Of a stretch of 64,000 nucleotides of DNA, positions 1-12,459 are shown one piece after another. The first letter of the stretch is position 1; each line of letters opens with the position of its first letter. The translations under genes were made by a program, and so were the position numbers. Location: the NCBI GenBank assembly GCA_951406725.2, contig OX597816.1:107570001-107634000 (forward strand), read 5' to 3'. This stretch comes from Octopus vulgaris. Lineage: Eukaryota. The notes beneath the pieces are model-generated. The model was given only the letters and a program-made list of their open reading frames with translations. It did not search any database and was not told the DNA's origin.

Positions 1-262
1 ATATTCTTTAGAACATAGTAAATGTATTTATGCTGCTTTATATTTCAAATAAAATTCTACTGCGGTCGACTCTGCTTTCCGTCCTTATAGAAGTCAATAT
101 AGTAAAGTCCCAGTCAAGTCAAATATGTGAAAATCACGGGCTAAATTCCTTGTTAAATCTTGTTTCGTCACTCTAGGCTTTTAGTTAATATTCTGCTTTA
201 AGTATTGTTGAGTCTGACTCATGCGAGTCGATAACTGGAGTTCTAGCATCCTATTGGTTTTA

Positions 263-468
263 CATTTTGGCACAAAGCCAGTAGCATTGGGGGAGGAGTA
301 AGTCGATTACGTCGACTCCAGTGCTCAACTAGTACTTATTTTATCGACTCCGAAAGGAAGAAAGGTAAAGTCGACCTCGGCGGAATTTGAACTCAGAATG
401 TAAAGCCTGACAAAATGCCGCAAAACATTTTACCCGGCATGCTAACGATTCCGCCAGCTCGCCTCCTT
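263..468 (-). mobile_element. tRNA-derived octopus SINE (OR2/Nin-domain-like family)
   Basis: Reverse complement has a tRNA-like head and the conserved core GTCGACTTT(A/G)CCTTTC..CCTTTCGG(A/G)GTCGATAAAATAAGTAC; several copies in the window. Confidence 0.8.
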
Positions 469-1189
469 GAAGTTCTAGTACCATACTGGATGTTGCTTCG
501 GTCAATTGAAACAACCATTCCTAAGATGTCTTTTGTTACTTAAACCTTGTGTTGGTTGCCTGATAACAATTTGCTTCGTTTGAAGCTTCATTCCTCTTAC
601 AATGATTAAGGGTAATTTCTTACTGTTACTTCTGTTGTCATATATAATACATTTTGTTCTTCACAAATTTTCTGCTCTGACATCCGAAGTAAATGGAAGA
701 AATGAGACTTATTCCTAAAACTCCAACCATGTCACATTGTATTATACTGGTTCTTGTTGCGGATTTCGTTTCAGATATAGAATACTCAGCTACTTACACT
801 ATAATTCTATGAATAAACTGTTCTGTTGATTGAACAACTGAAATACTCATTCCCGATGCCGAATGAAATCCATTTCCTGAGAGACAACTAAAGCGATCAT
901 ACCCCTCTTCTAAAATGTGCTATGCTAGAGAGAAATAATTCATATGAAAAGAAATCAATAAATAAAACAAAGGAAATTTAAAACTAATCCTAAGTTTTAA
1001 AAGGCATTAAAACTATCTTTGAATAGTTAACTTGTGTCTTTCAAGCTGAAATCATTTTAGTTTATGTATACATTCTCAGATCAAGAGACTTGCTACGCGA
1101 GTACATCTCCGTAAAATATACGTATTAATTACAATACAGCCATCAGTCACTAGCTAGCAAGCACAGTTTCTGGCAGGCATATACATCCT

Positions 1190-1405
1190 TGGCCCAGCCA
1201 CACATCAAGTATCCGATAGCTGGAGGGAGAGAGGGCAGAACTCACAGTCGCTGGTTATGGCTGCTCATTTACAGCTGAATTGATTGTAGTTAATTGAAGC
1301 CAAGTGCCTTGGTCAAGGACACAACACGCTACTCGATCCAGGAATTGAACCCACGATCTTATAACCATGAACCGAATACGCTAAGCCACTAGTTCACGCG
1401 CTTTG
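1190..1405 (-). mobile_element. tRNA-derived CORE-like SINE
   Basis: Minus strand shows A box (TAGTGGCTTAGCG), B box (GGTTCAATTCC) and a TGTGTCCTTGACCAAGGCACTT core. Confidence 0.65.
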
Positions 1406-1796
1406 CGTTATTATTGATAATGATAATTTATAGGTAAAAATTTTCACAGACATCTTTCTGATAATTTAAATGTGTTTTATACAGCGCTTGTGAGAAAAAT
1501 GTTTACTCAGTTCAGTGATTTAAATTTTAATTCACCATTTCTGAGTTTCTTGAAAAAGCAGCCAAATTTTTCACATACCATACACACTAATCTAAAGAAT
1601 GGAAGGATACATTAAATAAAAAAGAAAAAAAGATGTAATATTCTGAAAAGAAAATAATTATAAAAATATGTATTCCGAAAAAAAAAAAGAACTGAGAAAA
1701 AGTTTCAAAGCTGTAAAATGATTTAAAGTACGTAAATATTTAAAATAAATGCATGCAATTGGATGTGTATAATTTTAATATTAGTTTCAAATAGCA

Positions 1797-1980
1797 TGCG
1801 AGCTGACAGAGTCGTTAGCACACCGGGCAAAATGCTTAGCGACATTCCGCCGAGCTCGACTTTGCCTTTCATCCTCTTGGGGTCGATAAAATAAGTACAA
1901 GTTGAACACTGGGGTCGATGTAATCAACTTGCCAACTTCCCGAACTTACTAGCCCCGGCGCCAAAATTTGAAATCAATAT
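1797..1980 (+). mobile_element. OR2-like SINE, internally deleted
   Basis: Contains CGACTTTGCCTTTCATCCTCTTGGGGTCGATAAAATAAGTAC, matching the copy at 263-468. Confidence 0.75.
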
Positions 1981-2239
1981 TTGTTTCAAATAAACTTCGA
2001 GCAGGCACAAACAGGCAAAGAACAGGACTTGTGCCTCTAATAGAAAGAATACTAAGTAGCATAGGCATATTTTGGGAGACGGTATAGTACTTCACTGGTA
2101 CTTTTTCATTGACATAGGGAGAATGAAACGCAGAGTCAAAAGGACCCAAAGCGAAGTAAGTAAATAACATGCCTGACGTAATACCGATGTTACTTATCTC
2201 CGATCATCTTATCGTTAGTTCAGCGAAATATAAAAAAAG

Positions 2240-2314
<75 letters not shown>

Positions 2315-2507
2315 GAGACACAGAGAGAAAACACAGTTGAATAAGAGCACACATTGTCAAAGAATGATGAGATAAATGCATTGAAAGGGTGGCTGTTTTA
2401 TCTCATGCAGCTGAAATATATTTAAGAATATTTTTGTTAGCAAAGATATATCGAATCGTAACAACTACAATTGATACCATATTAACTATTTATGTACAAA
2501 CGGACGG

Positions 2508-2545
<38 letters not shown>

Positions 2546-2877
2546 GCACATACACACAAAATATATATACAAATCTGTCTGTCTCTATTTCTCTCTCTCT
2601 CTATCTCTCTCTCTAGGTGTGGAGTGAGTTTGTGTGTGTGTGCACGTAGTGCCATCAAAAGTATTATCAACGACAGCAGCTACTACATCATAATCGTTAT
2701 TGTCCACATACCTATTAACACTATTAATATTATCGCTGCCAATGCCAATTTTTATTAAGACACAACTACTATCACAGTTTTCATCCAATCAATGAGGAGA
2801 TGGCACGCCTATTCTTTTTTCTTTTCCTTTCCTTTTTTGAGCTATCGACGACTGTTAGACTTTCACAGCTAAATGCA

Positions 2878-4270
2878 ATAATATTAAATCGCCCGATATT
2901 TTTTCGGAAATTTGGAGAGAACAAAAATATAATATCAAATCACCCAATATTTTTTCAGAAACTTGGAGAGAACAAAAGTATAATATTTAATCGCCCAATA
3001 TTGTTTCGGAAACTTGGAGAGAACAAAAATATATTAAATCACCCAATACTGTTTTGGAAGTTTGGACAGAACAAAAATATATCAAATCACCCAATATTTT
3101 TTCGGAAACTTGGAGAGAACAAAAGTATAATATTAAATAACCCTATATTTTTTCGGAAAATTGGAGAGAACAAAAATATATCAAATTACCTAAAATTTTT
3201 TCGGAAACTTGGAGAGAACAAAAGTATAATATTAAATCGCCCAATATTTTTTCGGAAAGTTGGAGAGAACCAAAATATATCAAATCGCCCAATATTTTTT
3301 CGGAAACTTGGAGAGAACAAAAGTATAATATTTAATCACCCAATATTGTTTCGGAAATTTGGAGAGAACAAAAATATATCGAATCACCCAATATTTTTTC
3401 GGAAACTTGGAGAAAACAAAAGTATAATATTAAATCATCCAATATTATTTCGGAAACTTGGAGAGAACAAAAATATATCAAATCACCCAATATTTTTTCG
3501 GAAACTTGGAGAAAACAAAAGTATAATATTTAATCGCCCAATATTTTTTCGGAAATTTGGAGGGAACAAAAATATATCAAATCATCCAATATTTTTTCGG
3601 AAACTTAGAGAGAACAAAAGTATGATATTAAATTACCCAATATTTTTTCGGAAATTTGGAGAGAACAAAAATATATCAAATCACCCAATATTTTTTCGGA
3701 AATTTGGAGAGAACAAAAGTATAATATTAAATTACCCTATATTTTTTCGGAAAGTTGGAGAGAACAAAAATATATCAAACCAATCAATATTTTTTCAGAA
3801 ATTTGGAGAGAACAAAAATATAATATCAAATCACCCAATATTTTTTCGGAAACTTGGAGAAAACAAAAGTATAATATTTAATCGCCCAATATTTTTTCGG
3901 AAATTTGGAGGGAACAAAAATATATCAAATCATCCAATATTTTTTCGGAAACTTAGAGAGAACAAAAGTATGATATTAGATTACCCAATATTTTTTCGGA
4001 AATTTGGAGAGAACAAAAATATATCAAATCACCCAATATTTTTTCGGAAATTTGGAGAGAACAAAAGTATAATATTAAATTACCCTATATTTTTTCGGAA
4101 AGTTGGAGAGAACAAAAATATATCAAACCAATCAATATTTTTTCAGAAATTTGGATTGAACAAAAATATAATATCAAATCACCCAATATTTTTTCGGAAA
4201 GTTGGAGAGAACAAAAATATAATATTAAATCACCCAATATTTTTTCGGAAATTTGGAGAGAACAAAAATA
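2878..4270. repeat. Minisatellite of 28 units of 48/51 bp, mostly alternating, with a 348-bp higher-order duplication
   Basis: Unit AATCACCCAATATTTTTTCGGAAACTTGGAGAGAACAAAA(G/A)TATA(ATA)T; the GGAGGG variant recurs 348 bp apart (3561, 3909). Confidence 0.95.
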
Positions 4271-4710
4271 CTACGTGGCGCTAAGTCCCATTTGTCTTGT
4301 ATCGTAGTTCTTTCAAAGTTTTTCTCACCGACTAAGATTCTGCGACTCAGTTCGTTTTAAGACTAATGCATTCGCCGTGAAAACTTGCATTCCAAAGTTT
4401 TCAGTCAATCGTTTCTTTCAGCAAAAAGTAAATCAAGACTTAGAATTCTGTATGTCTGTTTGTTATTACCTGTTGTTCAAAAGATTACATAATACAAAGC
4501 AGTCATGACGTAATAAAAGATACAAAAATTTAAAGACATTGCATATTTTGACTCCGAACAGAAAGAAATTTAGTTACATTTAAACTATTAATCTTAGCAA
4601 ATACTATTTTATTTTCTGCATTGTTTGAAGTTATATTACTTATACTTCTCATGTTTAAATGTACAAATATATATTTTCCAATTAGCATGTATATTTTTTT
4701 TTCATTTCAG

Positions 4711-4874
4711 TTATCGAAATTATAGCTGGTTTTGTGTACCAGTCTTCTTGCCTTTGGTAGGTTCTGTTCTGGCAGTGGCAGTCTACAACGGTTTTATTTG
4801 TATTCATCGTCCAGAGATTTTAACAATCACAGCTGAATTCAGAGACCATCCAACTGCGACCACAGCTGAAATTG
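4711..4874 (+). CDS. Aquaglyceroporin (AQP3/7/9/10-like MIP channel) exon encoding TM6 and the start of the C-tail
   Basis: Strong acceptor TTTTTTTTTCATTTCAG at 4710, then phase-2 frame (S)YRNYSWFCVPVFLPLVGSVLAVAVYNGFICIHRP, like the aquaglyceroporin WFWVPIVGP..GA..G...Y...IG.H.P segment, with the intron where this family usually has one. The exon ends at a weak donor G|GTATTT (4874) or reads through to TAA at 4898-4900. Upstream NPA exons were not seen in the window. Confidence 0.8.
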
Positions 4875-4977
4875 GTATTTACTATACTTTTATTTTTTAA
4901 ATTCCTTTCACTCATTGACTGCAACCATATAGGTGGGGGTTTTAGATGATTATAACATTTTTGTTGTTTTAATCTCA

Positions 4978-5014
<37 letters not shown>

Positions 5015-5041
5015 GCACGCACACACGCACCCCCACGAATG

Positions 5042-5887
5042 TAGGGTGTTCCACAAAATGCATACTGGAAGTTTGATAGCGCAATCGAAGTGAGAGGACA
5101 GTTTAGGAGAAAGTTTGAAAGACCGTGGACATCAATGATCGCCACAACGCAAGAAAGTGCACTAGAGTTCTGCATATTGCCAGAACTCAAGGAAATATGC
5201 AGCAAGCAGGTCGTGATATAAGTATTTTAAAAACAAGTGATAATCACATTTTCAAGCTTTGTCATGGGAAATTGTGCATTGCAAAAGTAACCCCTACTCT
5301 CAATGAAAATGATCTGCATCGAAGAGTGATATTTTGCGAGGGGTACTGGGCCAAGATGCGAAAAAAAAAACAACAAAAAACAAAACATTTTTCAGCATTT
5401 ATATTAAATAGCTTAATTAATCGCCACAGTTGCACCTATTGGAAACCTGAGAAACCGCATATTACGGAGGAATATCATGTTAATTTACCAGGAGTTACAG
5501 TATAGTGTGGATTGTCATCAAAAGGATTAGGCGAGTCATTCGTTTTAGACAGTGACTATTCCTATTTACTTGAACTTGCAGCAGCAATCTGTCATGTAAA
5601 GCTTTTAAGAAGACTTTGAAGATATGAAGTTTTATTTCCGGCAAAAGGGGCACCTTCACACTACCACAGAAATGTAAAGAGCAACACCAATAAGATCTTG
5701 TTCTACAGGTGTATTAGACGAAGAAAGTTCAGTAGAATGATTCGTGTTTTCAGCAGTTTGAAATCAGGCGTTTATAAAAACCTAAATCCTGTCTGTAGTG
5801 TCGATTAAATTTTGAAAATAAAACGTATTTTAATAAACAATGGCCTTATAATCATGCAATGCGAGTATACGTTTTTAGAATACCCTG
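5042..5887 (+). mobile_element. Decayed Tc1/mariner-superfamily transposon
   Basis: TIR remnants AGGGTGTTCCACAAAA / TTTTTAGAATACCCTG; fragments [35 protein letters not shown] and FYFRQKGAPSHY (QDGAPPHY-like). Confidence 0.75.
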
Positions 5888-5924
5888 TTCATGTTTATAT
5901 ATATGTGTATAAGTATGTATGTAT

Positions 5925-6705
5925 GTCGTTGTTCAGTTTTATTTCAAGATTTTTTGCTAATAGAGAAAGAGCCGGTTTCTAACCTAGATTCAAAGCTCCT
6001 TTATTGGAATTCCAACATCAACAACAACGGTATTTTTGTATGTATGTATGTATGTATGTATGTATGTATGTATGTATGTATGTATGTATGTATGTATGTA
6101 TGTATGTATGTATGTATGTATTATGTATGTATGTACGTATGTATGTATGCGTGCAGATTTGTATGTTTTGCTTTATGTATGTATTCTCACATATATAGTT
6201 GTATATGTAGACATGCCATGTATATATAAATGAAACATGTCTGGAAAGTTTTACAAAATTTTACAGTTGTAGTGTTGGATTGGATCTGTTGTCTTCGAAT
6301 TAGCTTTCTCCTTTCTGGTTTTGAGTAGCCTGATTTCTCAAGATTGGTATTTAGGCAGTGTGTTACATACTCCAGTAACCCAATAATTACAGTTATAAAC
6401 CTGAACTTGTAATCTGGATAGAGTAACAGCAGAGTTCCCAATACTTCAGCATAAGTGTCCTCTTTTTCACTGATCTTCAGCTTTATGTTAACATCCGCTG
6501 GGCAGCTAATTTTCACAACTGTGCACAGTTTCTTTTCTCTTTACCCAATATCAGGTCTGTTGTGCTTACATTTTATTGAAATCTTCACTGGAACATTACA
6601 CCAGTACTCCTTTTTATTATGTGTGGCTATGGGTTCTTATTTCTTTGTCCTTGGGATTTTATGTTTGACGGATTTCATTAAGGAGTGTCCTAGCTACAAC
6701 ATCAT
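5925..6705 (-). mobile_element. 3' fragment of an RLE-type (R4/Dong-like) non-LTR retrotransposon
   Basis: ORF 6187-6516, KISCPADVNIKLKISEKEDTYAEV...FITVIIGLL, resembles the PD-(D/E)xK restriction-like endonuclease C-terminus. Confidence 0.65.
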
Positions 6706-9474
6706 GGTATGTCTGTCTGTCTGTATATATGTATATATGTATGTGCGCGCGCGCGTTTGTCTGTCTATCCATTTGTAAATGCATACATATACATAATCGT
6801 GTATTATCATGCACAGATATATACATATATAAATATTAATATACATGTTTGTGCGTGTGTATGTGATAACCCACGTCTATGTATATCTAAATACGCATCA
6901 TCTAATTGTTTATACTGCATAGATCAATTTCTGAATTGATTAGTATCATATAAGTATTTTTCATAAAAATAACATAACAAAGGCAATATAAATTTATTAA
7001 AAAACGCAGCAGAAAATAATATGACTAAAGCAGGTGTTGATACTAAAAACACCAATATTTTAACTTTTGATAGCAATTTTGTAATGTCGGAACGTATGTA
7101 AATTGATTTTTATTTTGTTGCTTCGCAGTTTAAAATTTTGTCATATCGCTTAATAGTATTATGTAAAACTTTTCCTTGTATATAATATTAGTTATTATAC
7201 GTGGCAGTCTAAGAAAGATAGTAAATGAGTCTATCTGATTGGTAATGAGGACGAAATATTTGCGAGACTGTTTCAGTTTTGTGTTTCAAACTGTTGCATA
7301 TAATATCTAATAATTATACTTATATTTTAGCAGTTATTTTATTGTTAGTTAATTAATCGGCGGAGAAGGAGCGGAGCCACTTGCAAGGACCCTTTCGTAG
7401 CCTGTAAAAATGATGAGGTTGATGTAGTTAATACTTATCTTGAATATGCGCAAGTTAATACCTTTAGAAAGAAATAGGGCTGTCAGTGGGTGATAGCTTT
7501 GAAGAGTGATTGGTGACATGAGGTAGAGGGTACGATAATCTGAGAAAACCAGTTGTTTTTGTTGATGTTTATTCCTTGGTCAACTTTGAAGGGAACTACG
7601 CGAAGAACATCAACGTTTTGAAGGGCTATTATATATTTAAAGATTATGTTATCTAGTTTTTCATTGTTTAAGACATTACAATATAATTTAACGTAAATGT
7701 GGTCCCTATAACTTAGTAGATTGAGCATCTAACTGAAAATCATTTAGTTTGAAGAGAAATGGATGCGTGCATTAGATGATTCAGAAAGGAGAGGATATAC
7801 AGATTGTTTGTTCAAAGGAGAAGGAGGGTTTTTAAAGCAGCCATAAACCAGAGAAGAAAGAGTAAATATGTGAAACATGAAATGTAGTATGCTTGTGAGG
7901 CGTGAGCATTTGCCAATCAGTCCAACGATGCTCCTGTATTATAGTTTCACACCAGTTCTGGCTTTGGGGAAAATATTGCTTAAAAAGTAGACACACGTAG
8001 ACTGAAACCTCCTCTTTTCATGCCAAAACATTGAAATATGTATCTGATGATTAATGCTATATTGATTTCTAAATTGTGCCATAATGCTACAGATTTTGAG
8101 AGTGGAGAATAATCGATTAAATCGACTACAGTATTTGATTGTTGCATGTAGTTTTCCCGGCCATGGAACGTTAAAAGGAGGCAAAAGATCCAAATCTCAG
8201 GAAAGTAAGAACGTAAACCGACCCAACTAAATCCTGCTGATTGTTTTGTCCGTCGACGTAGCGACTCTGGTAACCATTGACTTTTGGATGATTATTGTGC
8301 TTATTCTCGACATTTAGAATGAAACCACGTATTTAAAATAGAAGTGCAAAATTGATTGTATCATCTTCAATGTACAATTTGAAGTCATTCCATAGTCGGC
8401 TCTGTAGATCTGAAAGACACTTATTCTATGATTTTTCACTCATTTGTCTGGCGAGTCAATTGAATTACTTATTGTATCTTCATACTTATTGAACTCTGAT
8501 CTATTACGTCTGTATATTACCATATTAAAGTCCTTTTGGCATGAAGCAGTTTTAACATTCTATGAATATTATTCACATATTCGTTCAGTCACCTATTCAC
8601 TTATTTCTTATTGATTGATTGATTATGACATATCCTGTAACTCATGTCAATAGATATTAATAATAATTCTTTTACGTCATAGAACGAAACGATTGTTAGG
8701 TTACTTATCAGCCAAATCAATGAATGTTAGTTATGAATATACATAAGTGATATTTCTTTTTGAAGTGGCTATATTCCGCCATTATCTACTTAGATTTTAG
8801 AGACAGCGAGGTAGCCTCTGTACAGTCGCTCGCTCTGCTAGGAATAACATAAATTTCTCACATAATACTACCGTCTTAAATGATGACGGACAAATTGGCA
8901 TGGCTACGGCTGCAACGTTCTGATTAAAGGTGAGCTTGATTTCAAGATAAGGATTGACTTAGACCAAGCAACAACTTCGTCATTAATCTCGTCTGCTTAA
9001 TTACTTAGGGCAATATACTAATATTAATGTTTTAATATAAATTCATCGAACGTGACACTAGCAATGATTTTTAGCTATTTTAAAAAGGTTTAAGAACCGA
9101 GATAGTGTACATACACCAATATGTCAAAAATAGTGTAAATACATCAATATATCTATCAAGAGTCACGTAAAAAGAGCAACCATTATATATTTGTGAATAT
9201 ATCCACGTGTATAGCCGTATATCTATATAGATTTAGACATGTTTGTATTTATGTTTATTTATACGGTTTTAATTATAACATGGCCGTCATACATTATGTA
9301 TATCCACACACACATGCGCACGCGCACGTGTGTTCATATACTTCAGACTGGCTGATTGGGCATCGTTTCGCAAGTGAGAAAACCGGCGAAATTTTCATCT
9401 GTCGCTCGCGTGAACATTTCTGGAACGATTTAGATTTGCGTAGCTTTGAAGTATATTGTGGTGTCTTCAACACA

Positions 9475-9592
9475 ATATGCCTATAAAGAGATTTTTTATC
9501 CGGAAACACACACACACACACAGTTGTGTGTGTGTGTTTCCGGATAAAAATCTCTTTATATATATAATATAAAAATCTCTTTATAGGCATAT
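9475..9592. repeat. Fold-back palindrome centred on (CA)n/(TG)n with a partly duplicated arm
   Basis: TATAAAGAGATTTTTTATCCGGAAACACAC... mirrored by ...GTGTTTCCGGATAAAAATCTCTTTATA; ATAAAAATCTCTTTATA repeats again at 9569. Confidence 0.85.
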
Positions 9593-9601
9593 ATATATAT
9601 A

Positions 9602-9765
9602 TGACGAGCTTCTTTCAGTTTCCATCTACCAAATCCGCTCACAAGGCTTTGGTCGGCCCGAGGCTATAGTAGAAGACACTTGGCCAAGGTACCACATAGT
9701 GGGACTGAACCCGGAGCCATGTGGTTGGGAAGCAAGCTTCTTACAACCCAGCTACTCCTGCGCTT
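9602..9765 (-). mobile_element. OR1-like octopus SINE, 5' half
   Basis: Reverse complement of the head of the SINE at 14071 (GGTTCAGTCCCACT...CAAGTGTCTTCTACTATAGCCTCGGGCCGACCAAAGCC). Confidence 0.85.
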
Positions 9766-9984
9766 ATGTGTAACATAATGTAGCATATGCAAGTTTACGA
9801 CTAACATTTATAAAATAAATCTGTTTAGAAATTAAGTAATTATGTAAAGACATGTATGAACAGAAGAAATCTTGATGACACAATTTCGCGAAATCTTGTT
9901 TCTCAGTATAAATGTAGTGACGTGTCACAATGCTCGTATCAAAGGAAACTTATTCGTCGGTGCATTATTTTACGAATTTTTATG

Positions 9985-10044
<60 letters not shown>

Positions 10045-10046
<2 letters not shown>

Positions 10047-10379
10047 CGGAGATGTACTCGCATAGCAAGTGATTTGATCTGAGATCGTGTGCTGGAACGA
10101 AAACAATTGCAGCGTGGAAGGTGTTTGTAAGCCATTTAAGAAACACACAAAAGCCGTTCGATTCACTTCAACATTTAAGTTTAATTTGTCAAAATATTTT
10201 CGTCGCTAAAATCCGCGACCTGTTCACTGACAAAATGCAGCACGGATTTTTGTCAGTGAACAGGTCGCGGATTTTAGCGACGAAAATATTTTGACAAATT
10301 AAACTTAAATGTTGAAGTGAATCGAACGGCTTTTGTGTGTTTCTTAAATGGCTTACAAACACCTTCCACGCTGCAATTG

Positions 10380-10381
<2 letters not shown>
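10045..10381. mobile_element. Fold-back element in (TA)n with perfect 134-bp inverted arms, probably PLE-derived
   Basis: 10102-10235 is the exact reverse complement of 10248-10381 with a 12-nt spacer; (TA)n on both sides; a diverged second copy lies at 46324-46675. Confidence 0.85.
10249..10298 (+). ncRNA. Minimal type I hammerhead ribozyme motif, G3-C8 core variant (mirror copy on - strand at 10185-10234)
   Basis: Stem I TTTGTCA/TGACAAA; core GTGAACA plus an extra G; stem II GTCGC/GCGAC; GAAA; short stem III inside palindromic AAAATATTTT; UUU triplet. Confidence 0.6.
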
Positions 10382-10431
<50 letters not shown>

Positions 10432-11396
10432 ATTCTTGATAGAATTAGGTACTTAAAAGAATGTGCACCAGGTGGGGCTGAATAAACCCGTGGTCACCAC
10501 TAATGGTCGATTAAATATCCAGTTGGATATTCAGGTTGTGCACACAGAAAAAAACCATCCCTCGAGTATTAAGCGCCTTGGGGCTGGTCCAAAGTACACG
10601 TGGTGTTGATCATACGTTGTTTAGTATACTCCAGAGTGTCCGACGTGTCGCAAATCTCTATAGTGAACTATAAGCAAATGAATAATAACAAATGGTGGTT
10701 AAATGTCAGCGCATTACAACTGCTTCTTACGCTTTTTTAAATACAAGAATAAGTACATTACATTACTTCAAAAAACCGTAATCATCAACTGAAACATAAT
10801 TTCAAATCAATAGCATATCCCAAGAACACAGCAGTAACATGCCTGAAACCAGCCGAAGCTGAGCACGAAATGGGAGAAAAACCAACAAAAATTGGCTGTT
10901 ATGAGCATTAGTGGGGTACGGTGAGAAGAGATAATATGATATTTATGGTCAGTGTCCAGGGGCAGAAGAAGTGAATTGGAGTCAGTTCACTGGCTTATTT
11001 CAGAGAATGGAGAAGCTGCTAAGGCAATTTTAGTGTAGTTTGTTATCATAGGATTAAAAAAGTGTGTAGCAGGGAATGAATCAAAGAAAGAAAAGACAAA
11101 TAGATAAATATACATGTGTGTATTAATCTTCAGAATACTCTGATCACTCGTTTCATGGACCATCTTTTTTACCCAATGAACGAAGATTTCCGGATCACAG
11201 ATCAACTGACCAGCAACATAACATAATCTTACTATTATAGTAAAAAATTACACATTGTGTGCATGCACATTGAGTGCTTTTTGTCATATATGTATGCACA
11301 CATATGAAAATATTTACATCTAACTATCTATCCATCTATCTGTGTGTCTGTCTATATATCTAATCATCGGTCAATATGGCTGTCTATTTCTCTCTG

Positions 11397-11433
<37 letters not shown>

Positions 11434-11537
11434 AATATAAATGCATATGTATATTTATATGAAAATATATATACATGCATATGTATATATATATATATAT
11501 GAAATATATATATATGCATATGTATATATATATATGC

Positions 11538-11673
<136 letters not shown>

Positions 11674-12459
11674 ATGTATTTATGTATGTATGTATGTATG
11701 TATGTGTGTGTATGTATGTATGTATGTATGTGTGTGTGTATCTTTATACGTTTATACGTATACACTTATATTAATATATTACCATTATTTTTTTTAGGTG
11801 ACACAAAGTTCTGAGAGAAAGCTAACAATTCCCCAGACCAAGCCGAAGTCTTTTGATGAGTGATGCTGGCAGTTGTTGAAACTTGTATTTTTTCCCCCTT
11901 TCCAATAATAAAATACTGTTGGCACCACAAAATGGTATCTAACTCTGTGAACCTATTAGTATTGTATATCTCATGCGAGACTATATACGAATAAGAATAT
12001 GTACATATTTAAGTATTGGCGAATATGCGTGTGTTTATGGATGTAACGTAATTTACGTGGATTGGCGTGCATATGCATGTGTGAGTGTTTGTGTACATAA
12101 TCTGTCTGTATTTGTATGTATGTGTATGTGTGTGGAGCGGTTCTTTTTATTTCACTGTCAATGTCCATGTCTTATTCTGTATGTTCAGTACATAATCACA
12201 CACACACGCGCGCGCGCGTGCACACACCGCTATTACGTCTGTTTTTTTCTTTTAAAAGGTTTCTGTATGCTAATATTGTTTCTTTCTCTATGTATTTTTT
12301 AAAATGAGAATTAAGACATGGAAGATATATGGTAGAATCTATGCATCTAACCTTAGACTACTACAATTGATATTAACACTTTATACACATACACTCACCA
12401 CACACACACTCACACACACCACATACGCACTCACGCACACATATATACATACATATATA

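Noticed and set aside
2878-4270. CRISPR-like array or FMRFamide-type neuropeptide precursor
   Set aside because: Units are head-to-tail with no unique spacers and no cas genes, and there is no G-K/R amidation signal after the FG motif.
11853-11895. TTGATGA...GAAACTTGTA hammerhead-like string (similar traces at ~25000, ~47545-47585 and ~56800)
   Set aside because: Stems or core are too eroded to call a ribozyme; at most these are old PLE end remnants.
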